IMG/VR virus record: IMGVR_UViG_2671180577_000008 | DNA length: 4,556 nucleotides | Strand: one strand, 5' to 3' | Origin: a virus | Lineage: Duplodnaviria > Heunggongvirae > Uroviricota > Caudoviricetes | Part shown: positions 1 to 4,405 of the stretch, piece by piece | How positions within the stretch are numbered: position 1 is the stretch's first letter | How the letters are laid out: every line of letters starts with the position of its first letter | Notes under the pieces: generated by a model | Databases searched by the model: none | The model's input: the letters and a program-made list of their open reading frames with translations, nothing else | Told to the model about the DNA's origin: nothing | Program-made: the position numbers and the translations under genes

Positions 1-296
1 CCAGCTGTTTAATGCGCGGATCCGGAGCATCGTATGAATCCGGCAGCGGAAGCCCTTCACCGTAAGCCATGGCATTGGACTGCCCGGCCAGTACGATGAC
101 GTAGTACCAATCCGGCTCAGATGAAGGGCCGACCTGTGGCTCTCCTTCAATAGCCACCGCCTGCATCAGTGTGTACGGCGTAATGGCAACCGGTCCGCCG
201 TATGGCTGCCAGCCCTCTTTCAGTTTGTGTGTCAGCTTTTCCGCAAGGTCTGACGGCGACGCCGCCCTGATAACATCGTAATGTTTAATCGACATC
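1..296 (-). CDS. Prophage NanS-p-like sialate (9-O-acetyl-Neu5Ac) O-acetylesterase, N-terminal ~98 codons only (DUF1737-like N-terminus followed by the start of an SGNH/DUF303 esterase domain); the gene continues beyond position 1
   Basis: Minus-strand ATG at 296-294 preceded by GGAG 7 nt upstream. Translation: MSIKHYDVIRAASPSDLAEKLTHKLKEGWQPYGGPVAITPYTLMQAVAIEGEPQVGPSSEPDWYYVIVLAGQSNAMAYGEGLPLPDSYDAPDPRIKQL..., containing the GQSN(A/M)xG esterase block. Position ahead of the lysis module matches nanS-p paralogs of O157 prophages. Open frame runs to the window edge. Confidence 0.7.
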
Positions 297-381
297 GAAT
301 TTCTCCCGTGTAGAGGAACAGAGTTAAAAAGCCGGAAGCGGAATCAAATCACAGGATGACCATCTGCCAGTGGCTGGTCGT

Positions 382-408
382 AAAAAAAAGGCCGCGCCAT
401 GCGCAGCC
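382..408 (-). terminator. Rho-independent terminator (minus strand) between the moron cassette and the nanS-p-like gene
   Basis: Minus-strand RNA GGCUGCGC-AUG-GCGCGGCC: 8-bp GC-rich stem (one G-U pair), 3-nt loop, followed directly by U8 (plus-strand A8 at 382-389). No T-tract on the plus-strand side, so unidirectional. Confidence 0.6.
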
Positions 409-609
409 GAAAATAAAGGGATAACGATGATAGTTTGAGAAAAACAGAAATAACACTTTTGTGGCAAAGCATGGTGCCGGGTGCCTCCCGGTGAATTCAG
501 TATCAGCACCTGAATCCGCGATTACCCCATATTCCTTCTTGCTGATTGCCCCACCGCACAGGGGGATTCACCATGCAGAAGTGTTTTTAATAAACAGCAA
601 ACAAAAAAA

Positions 610-777
610 TCAAGCATTATGCAGGCTGTTTCTTTTTATCACCGGCCACAGCAATACCACAATGCCGCAGACCAGCACCCCATCCGCCAGCACCGACATG
701 ATTCTGCTGGTGAAATCCACCATCACCACCAGAAACAGCAGGAGTGCAGCCACAGTCAGGCGCAGTTTTACCGTCAC
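610..777 (-). CDS. Small hydrophobic protein (55 aa, two predicted transmembrane helices), translationally coupled to the upstream TerB-like gene; function unknown
   Basis: Not in the supplied ORF track as such. Minus-strand GTG at 777-775 overlaps the TerB-like stop (GTGA) with GGAG 8 nt upstream; stop TGA at 612-610. Translation: MTVKLRLTVAALLLFLVVMVDFTSRIMSVLADGVLVCGIVVLLWPVIKRNSLHNA. Alternative internal ATG at 723 (37 aa) has no usable SD. Start assignment is uncertain. Confidence 0.4.
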   Translation of the reverse strand: MTVKLRLTVAALLLFLVVMVDFTSRIMSVLADGVLVCGIVVLLWPVIKRNSLHNA

Positions 778-1206
778 AGGTAATTCTCCAGACGAAGACC
801 CAGAACACCGGCAATCTCTTCCAGCACCTTGCGCTCTTCCGGCTCAATTTCGCCGTCTGCCTCCGCAATGGCCACCGCCACATCCAGCACATCTTCCGCT
901 TCACGCGTATCGTGTTTCACATCCTCGATCTCACGTAACGCCGCACGACGACCAGTTTTAAAGTTCGTATCCAGCTGACCGATAATGGTTGCGCTAATCG
1001 CATTAATTTCTGACGTAAACGCGTACAGCGCAGGCTGATTACGCAGTACCTGTTCGATCTTCGCTTTCTAGGAAGCCTCACATTCACCATCTGCATAGGC
1101 CACCAGGTAGGCGGCGTTAATCACCACCTGTGCCAGATCGCGTTTTTCAAACTTTTTAATTTCCGTTGCCGCTCTGCGGGCTTTTTTTACCAAAAATACC
1201 AAACAT
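774..1206 (-). pseudogene. TerB-family (tellurite-resistance TerB-like) gene disrupted by a +1 frameshift in an A7 homopolymer (1182-1188) and an in-frame amber codon (TAG at 1070-1068); intact length would be ~143 aa
   Basis: ATG at 1206-1204 with AAGGAA SD 7 nt upstream. Frame A gives MFGIFGKKSPQSGNGN then stop (1158-1156). The +1 frame continues protein-like: ARRAATEIKKFEKRDLAQVVINAAYLVAYADGECEAS-TAG-KAKIEQVLRNQPALYAFTSEINAISATIIGQLDTNFKTGRRAALREIEDVKHDTREAEDVLDVAVAIAEADGEIEPEERKVLEEIAGVLGLRLENYL-stop(776-774). The repeated xADGExxxxE blocks and the C-terminal VAIAEADGEIEPEERKVLEEIAGVLGL are as recalled for the TerB fold. The other two frames are closed around both lesions. Confidence 0.6.
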
Positions 1207-1288
1207 CGTGACGTTCCTTTGGGTGGGTGAGCCAACGCCCGGGAGCGATCTGCCCACAGAGAAAGTCACACTGACCACTCCGTAAGCT

Positions 1289-1298
1289 CCCCCCCCCC
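1289..1298. repeat. Homopolymeric C10 tract (G10 on the coding strand of neighbouring genes), 83-92 nt upstream of the TerB-like start codon
   Basis: Direct read: ctcc cccccccc ga, ten consecutive C at 1289-1298, in the intergenic region between the argO-like tRNA and the TerB-like gene. Confidence 0.9.
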
Positions 1299-1341
1299 GA
1301 AAGGCTCTGTGGTTGGTATGCGCCGGGCGTGGCGCAGATAC

Positions 1342-1365
1342 AAAAAAGGCCCGCAAAAGCGAGCC
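1342..1365 (-). terminator. Rho-independent terminator immediately downstream of the tRNA cluster (minus strand)
   Basis: Minus-strand RNA GGCUCGC-UUUU-GCGGGCC (7-bp stem with one G-U pair, 4-nt loop) followed by U6 (plus-strand A6 at 1342-1347), 17 nt after the argO-like 3' end. Confidence 0.55.
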
Positions 1366-1381
1366 GGGAAAATAAGTGTAG

Positions 1382-1455
1382 CGCGTTGTACTGGAGTCGA
1401 ACCAGTGACCGATTGCTTAGAAGGCAATTGCTCTGTCCTGCTGAGCTAACAACGC
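1382..1455 (-). tRNA. argO: tRNA-Arg, anticodon UCU (reads AGA); prophage argO-type; CCA not encoded
   Basis: Minus-strand sequence GCGTTGT-TA-GCTC-AGCAGGACA-GAGC-A-ATTGC-CTTCTAA-GCAAT-CGGTC-ACTGG-TTCGACT-CCAGT-ACAACGC-G folds as a canonical 74-nt cloverleaf: 7-bp acceptor, 4-bp D stem, 5-bp anticodon stem, loop CU-UCU-AA, T-loop TTCGACT, discriminator G. Confidence 0.85.
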
Positions 1456-1468
1456 AGAATACCGATAA

Positions 1469-1544
1469 TGGACCACCACCGGGGACTCGAACCTCGCACA
1501 CTCAACTTAAAGGGTTGACGCTCTTTCCTGATGGCTAGTGGCGG
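1469..1544 (-). tRNA. argN: tRNA-like gene, argN-type by position and backbone but degenerate: anticodon loop CC-UUU-AA (UUU with C33), weakened D stem; possibly a pseudo-tRNA
   Basis: Minus-strand sequence CCGCCAC-TA-GCCA-TCAGGAAA-GAGC-G-TCAAC-CCTTTAA-GTTGA-GTGTG-CGAGG-TTCGAGT-CCCCG-GTGGTGG-T-CCA. Acceptor pairs 7/7 (one G-U), encoded CCA, T-loop TTCGAGT. Only 2 of 4 D-stem pairs form, one A-C mismatch in the T stem, C instead of the near-universal U33. Backbone aligns block-by-block with E. coli tRNA-Arg(UCU) as recalled (TAGC, AGAGC, CTTCTAA versus CCTTTAA, GGTTCGAAT versus GGTTCGAGT). Confidence 0.5.
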
Positions 1545-1545
1545 T

Positions 1546-1621
1546 TGGTGGCCCTTGCTGGATTTGAACCAGCGACCTGGCGATTATGAGTCGCTCGCTC
1601 TCACCACTGAGCTAAAGGGCC
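1546..1621 (-). tRNA. ileZ: tRNA-Ile2 (anticodon CAU, lysidine-type, reads AUA); prophage ileZ-type (tools often label it tRNA-Met); CCA encoded
   Basis: Minus-strand sequence GGCCCTT-TA-GCTC-AGTGGTGA-GAGC-G-AGCGA-CTCATAA-TCGCC-AGGTC-GCTGG-TTCAAAT-CCAGC-AAGGGCC-A-CCA, a 76-nt cloverleaf, near-identical in layout to E. coli ileX as recalled. Confidence 0.85.
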
Positions 1622-1630
1622 GGGCGCAGG

Positions 1631-1659
1631 ATAATAACGTTACGAAATCAATGTTGCAA
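1631..1659 (-). promoter_or_regulatory. Candidate sigma70 promoter for the tRNA cluster
   Basis: Minus strand TTGCAA (1659-1654), 17-bp spacer, TATTAT (1636-1631); predicted start ~7 nt downstream, within a few nt of the mature ileZ 5' end at 1621. Confidence 0.45.
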
Positions 1660-1722
1660 GCATACAAAAATCACCCTTATCTCCTCCACCAGCGCATTCA
1701 CCATGTCTATCCGAGATAAGTG

Positions 1723-1757
1723 ACACAACAAAACCCGCTTGTGGGCGGGTTTTGTTT
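1723..1757 (-). terminator. Intrinsic terminator hairpin (candidate tR'); T-rich on both sides so potentially bidirectional
   Basis: Plus 1730-1753 aaaacccgc-ttgtgg-gcgggtttt: GC core CCCGC/GCGGG extended by A/U pairs. The minus-strand RNA is followed by UUUUGUUGUGU, the plus-strand RNA by UUUUGUUUGCUUUU. Lies ~45-75 nt downstream of the candidate pR' start. Confidence 0.55.
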
Positions 1758-1798
1758 GCTTTTGCCATCACGTACAAAATCGGCAAAATATCAGATTT
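1723..1798 (-). ncRNA. Predicted short (~70-76 nt) terminated pR' leader transcript, analogous to lambda 6S RNA / the Stx-phage StxS sRNA; candidate only
   Basis: Defined only by the candidate pR' (-10 at 1810-1805, start near 1798) and the tR' hairpin ending near 1723. No coding capacity in the interval. Confidence 0.3.
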
Positions 1799-1804
1799 GC
1801 ATGA

Positions 1805-1833
1805 AATATATGCCTTTCAATCTACTTTTGCAA
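1805..1833 (-). promoter_or_regulatory. Candidate late promoter pR' (with associated Q-utilisation region), overlapping the 3' end of the Q gene
   Basis: Minus strand TTGCAA (1833-1828), 17-bp spacer, TATATT (1810-1805); immediately downstream of the Q stop codon (1819-1817) and upstream of the tR' hairpin, the expected lambdoid arrangement. Confidence 0.45.
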
Positions 1834-2506
1834 CACTTTGCTTTGAAAATGCCGCCTTTTGTTTTGAACGTGTTCTCATTACAAATAATAAAGCCTCACT
1901 ATCCAGTCGGTGAAAAATGTGTTTCATTGCAACCCAGTGACGAGTAAATGTTTTGGACCAGTTTTTAGTTGTCACTCCCGCCAGTAATGCCAGCTCCTGA
2001 TATTCATAACCTTCCCCACCAAAAAGTTCTGCTTTTACTGCCTGCGCCGCCAGCCAGATTAATTTTTTCAGGCGTTCCTGCGTTTTCCCAGCAATTTTTC
2101 TGGTACCGGATTGAGTATTAAATTCATTCCACGCCCACTGTGTTATCGCGATCTGATATTCCCAACAAATACTCCCGCTGTAACACCACAACAACCAGGC
2201 TTTATGATGTTCTTCAAGAGACAGAACAGCCCGCCGCCACGATGATGTCGAAAACTCAACCGGACTGACCAGAGGAATTGACGTCACCTTCGCCAGCGAT
2301 TGCTTTCCCGGGATTGGTGGATTATCCCGCGTTATCATTTTTCCAGTCACTTCATCGCGGTACCGGATTTTTTTTCGCCTGTAACGCCCTGTATCGAACA
2401 TGGCATTCTCCTGCCAGGCTTCAAGCTGACCTTTTGTTGCCCCACTCAAATCAGCGGTGGCGATAATGAGCTGCTCACGCACAAACTGTAAATAGTGGTT
2501 ATTCAT
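1817..2506 (-). CDS. Late-gene antitermination protein Q (229 aa), probably Q82/QuuQ-like; called from gene order, not from a recognised motif
   Basis: ORF track 1817..2512 (GTG); preferred start is ATG at 2506-2504, which overlaps the rusA stop as ATGA, with GGAG 5 nt upstream. Sits between rusA and pR'/tR'/tRNAs/late genes. Protein MNNHYLQFVREQLIIATADLSG... has no lambda-Q-type paired CxxC zinc finger, so it is not lambda-type Q. Confidence 0.6.
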   Translation of the reverse strand: MNNHYLQFVREQLIIATADLSGATKGQLEAWQENAMFDTGRYRRKKIRYRDEVTGKMITRDNPPIPGKQSLAKVTSIPLVSPVEFSTSSWRRAVLSLEEHHKAWLLWCYSGSICWEYQIAITQWAWNEFNTQSGTRKIAGKTQERLKKLIWLAAQAVKAELFGGEGYEYQELALLAGVTTKNWSKTFTRHWVAMKHIFHRLDSEALLFVMRTRSKQKAAFSKQSVAKVD

Positions 2507-2868
2507 GCGCACTCCAGTTCTGTGATTTTTATCCCCAGCCGCCCACCAGGAACGAGCTGACCGCGCACAATATTGATTTCATCAAACTGCTCGTCGTCTA
2601 TGAGAAGTCCGGCATGCGTCAGCACATCCAGTGGTGCTTTCAGGATATTGTCCAGGTCACGACGGCGCTTATCCGGTGGCTCTGCAATAATCTTTATCAC
2701 CAGCCTTCCGGACAGGTTTAATTTCAGCCGCTGCTGGCGAACAATTAGCGCCACATCACGGCGATAACTCTTTCCGGCTTCCGAGATGAAATACGTATTG
2801 CCATGACGTCGCCAGTAGGTATTCACCGTCGGCGGGTAAGGCAAAACAAATTCTATCCGTTCAGTCAT
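2503..2868 (-). CDS. rusA: RusA-family Holliday-junction resolvase (121 aa)
   Basis: Translation MTERIEFVLPYPPTVNTYWRRHGNTYFISEAGKSYRRDVALIV...AEPPDKRRRDLDNILKAPLDVLTHAGLLIDDEQFDEINIVRGQLVPGGRLGIKITELE carries the RusA signature blocks (LPxPPSxN, DRRRRDLDN, DDxQ) as recalled from DLP12 RusA. ATG at 2868 abuts the upstream stop (TGAATG). Confidence 0.85.
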   Translation of the reverse strand: MTERIEFVLPYPPTVNTYWRRHGNTYFISEAGKSYRRDVALIVRQQRLKLNLSGRLVIKIIAEPPDKRRRDLDNILKAPLDVLTHAGLLIDDEQFDEINIVRGQLVPGGRLGIKITELECA

Positions 2869-3924
2869 TCATGCTTTCCACTTCAGGACACCCGAATTTC
2901 TCGCGTGCATTAAAAAACGAATCAGCAACAACAGCTGGCTGCCGTGTTTTTCTTCAAAATCTTTTACCCCAGCGTGCAGTTCGTTATGACATTTACGGCA
3001 CAGCGGAATAACAAACAAATCATCAGCCTTTGTTCCCATCCCTCCCAGTCCATGACCAATGATGTGATGCGGATCATCTGCCTGATTACCGCACGTCATG
3101 CATTTCTGCGTTTTTACCCAGCGCGTGTATACAGGCATCTCTTCCCGTTGTGGTTTCTGGCGCTGGAGATACTGAGCCGGTGACTCCGGATCAACGGCAA
3201 TGCTGACCACCGTCTTTTCCTGTGGCGGGTTTTGCTGGTGGGCGTGAGGCAGCGGCGCAAGATTTTTTGTGCGCTGCTTCAGTATGATGGTGGCGGTCTG
3301 CTCTCCCGGTACGATGTCGCTTTCACGGTACATTGAGCGGATTTTTTCCGCACGCAACCCCAGCGAACGACGTAATACCGCTTCCGGTAGCGCGTCCGCC
3401 ACCTGATTGCGGACCGCCCACCAGGATAATTCAGCCAGAGATAATTCACGCTCCTGCGTACCGCTTATTGCGTGACCGATGACGTCAATCATCCATGCTG
3501 ACAGGTTTTGATGAGCAAGTTGCTCGAGTGATTCGGATGTCTGGTCACGCAGCTGGTTGTCGCAGTGCCAGCACAACACCATTGCGCCGGTACCATAACG
3601 GTGAATAACGGTTTCACTGTGATGATAGTCACCATGAGGCCACTGGCAGGATTTGACATGACGCAACAGCCAGTCAGACAGTGCACCAGCGCCACCAACA
3701 GCACGAATCACACGCTCATTGCTGAAAAACGGCAGTAATGATTTATCCTCCGCCAGCGGCTGGCGAACGGCAGGGACGATGCCGGACGGCAGACCGCGCA
3801 TGCTTTTCGGTTCCGGCTCCACAAGCACTCGAGGGTTATGGAATACCTGCATGGATTCACGGCCTGGTTTAAGGACCACCAACCCAAGTTCCGGTACCGG
3901 AACAGGTCGAAGTAATACCCGCAC
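2869..3924 (-). CDS. DUF968 / YdfU-family prophage protein (351 aa) with two Cys/His-rich HNH-like (putative nuclease/zinc-binding) motifs
   Basis: Long minus-strand ORF. GTG start at 3924 with GGAGG SD 4 nt upstream, 1 nt after the upstream TAA; alternative ATG at 3852. Motifs: CQWPHGDYHHSETVIHRYGTGAMVLCWHCDNQL and C-terminal CMTCGNQADDPHHIIGHGLGGMGTKADDLFVIPLCRKCHNELH. Stop TGA at 2871-2869 directly abuts the rusA ATG. Confidence 0.65.
   Translation of the reverse strand: MRVLLRPVPVPELGLVVLKPGRESMQVFHNPRVLVEPEPKSMRGLPSGIVPAVRQPLAEDKSLLPFFSNERVIRAVGGAGALSDWLLRHVKSCQWPHGDYHHSETVIHRYGTGAMVLCWHCDNQLRDQTSESLEQLAHQNLSAWMIDVIGHAISGTQERELSLAELSWWAVRNQVADALPEAVLRRSLGLRAEKIRSMYRESDIVPGEQTATIILKQRTKNLAPLPHAHQQNPPQEKTVVSIAVDPESPAQYLQRQKPQREEMPVYTRWVKTQKCMTCGNQADDPHHIIGHGLGGMGTKADDLFVIPLCRKCHNELHAGVKDFEEKHGSQLLLLIRFLMHARNSGVLKWKA
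3888..3903. repeat. Perfect 16-bp palindrome GTTCCGGTACCGGAAC inside the 5' end of the DUF968 gene (codons ~8-13)
   Basis: Direct read; the sequence equals its own reverse complement (CCGG-flanked GGTACC core) and lies 21-36 nt downstream of the GTG start. Confidence 0.9.
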
Positions 3925-3925
3925 G

Positions 3926-4204
3926 TTACCTCCAGATGCGTTGCTGGAATGTGCGGGACGGACGCGGTGGGCGCTCGGAGTACGGCAGCCTGACGTAGAT
4001 TATCCAGTGACGATAATCGAGGCTGAGGGCTTTCCTAAACTCATACCCACGTCTGCGGTAGTTCTGAATCAGCCATTCGGCCTGTTCTTCAGTGCATGGG
4101 GCGTGCCGGAACCAGTCAGATTTGAATGCATGAGAACGCCGCCCGTGCCTGCTGGCAAAGACGGCTGAATTATCAGAATTGTGTAGTCTGGAATTTTGCG
4201 CCAT
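3926..4204 (-). CDS. Hypothetical prophage nin-region protein (92 aa), basic and Arg/Trp-rich
   Basis: ATG at 4204 with GGAGA SD ~6 nt upstream; stop TAA at 3928-3926 one nt before the DUF968 GTG (coupled). Translation MAQNSRLHNSDNSAVFASRHGRRSHAFKSDWFRHAPCTEEQAEWLIQNYRRRGYEFRKALSLDYRHWIIYVRLPYSERPPRPSRTFQQRIWR. No family recognised. Confidence 0.5.
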   Translation of the reverse strand: MAQNSRLHNSDNSAVFASRHGRRSHAFKSDWFRHAPCTEEQAEWLIQNYRRRGYEFRKALSLDYRHWIIYVRLPYSERPPRPSRTFQQRIWR

Positions 4205-4273
4205 CGGCTTTCTCCGGTGGCACAGTGTTACTCAACAGGGGTTCAGCCCTGCGCTGAATTGTAGATGAATTCA

Positions 4274-4405
4274 CTAATCTTCAAAAGCAGAAAAACCAGC
4301 CTTAATCCCAGCTTCTTTCAGAGACGGCAACGATGTGACAAATTCATTTGCACGCAAAATAAAACCATCCGTCACAAGCCCATCCACAAAATGAATTAAC
4401 GCAGC
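4274..4405 (-). pseudogene. Possible 3' remnant (last 43 codons) of a prophage gene truncated by the IS629-like insertion
   Basis: Minus-strand frame open from the IS boundary (4405) to TAG at 4276-4274: AALIHFVDGLVTDGFILRANEFVTSLPSLKEAGIKAGFSAFED. The same frame continues into IS sequence only as unrelated residues. No start codon or SD in the segment; it could also be noncoding. Confidence 0.3.

Noticed and set aside
461-961. 166-aa plus-strand ORF (also 744..938 plus, 617..904 minus, 324..509 minus)
   Set aside because: Low-complexity, Pro/His/Ser-rich translations with no start context. They lie antisense to or out of frame with the protein-like TerB and small-membrane frames, or span the terminator and intergenic region. 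Treated as chance ORFs.
297-1380. Shiga toxin genes (stxA/stxB) expected at this position in a Stx phage
   Set aside because: Looked for them specifically because of the Q-tRNA-nanS context. No ORF of the right size or composition is present; the slot holds the TerB-like cassette instead.
1187-1501. 104-aa minus ORF and 1156..1356 minus ORF extending upstream of the TerB-like ATG; 1329..1538 and 1531..1719 plus ORFs
   Set aside because: They run through the tRNA genes, the C10 tract and the terminator. The only protein-like part of 1156..1356 is the final MFGIFGKK..., which belongs to the TerB-like gene starting at ATG 1206 with its own SD.
1720-1947. 75-aa plus-strand ORF across the pR'/tR' region
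   Set aside because: Overlaps the terminator hairpin and promoter and is antisense to the Q 3' end. No SD; composition not protein-like.
2278-2767. Plus-strand ORFs 2278..2466, 2300..2491, 2573..2767
   Set aside because: Antisense to the Q and rusA coding frames, both of which have start/stop coupling and recognisable protein sequence on the minus strand.
2944-4168. Plus-strand ORFs 2944..3183 and 3719..4168, and minus ORF 3489..3704
   Set aside because: Embedded in or antisense to the long DUF968 and 92-aa minus-strand frames. Ser/Thr/Arg-rich, low-complexity translations typical of the opposite strand of GC-rich coding DNA.
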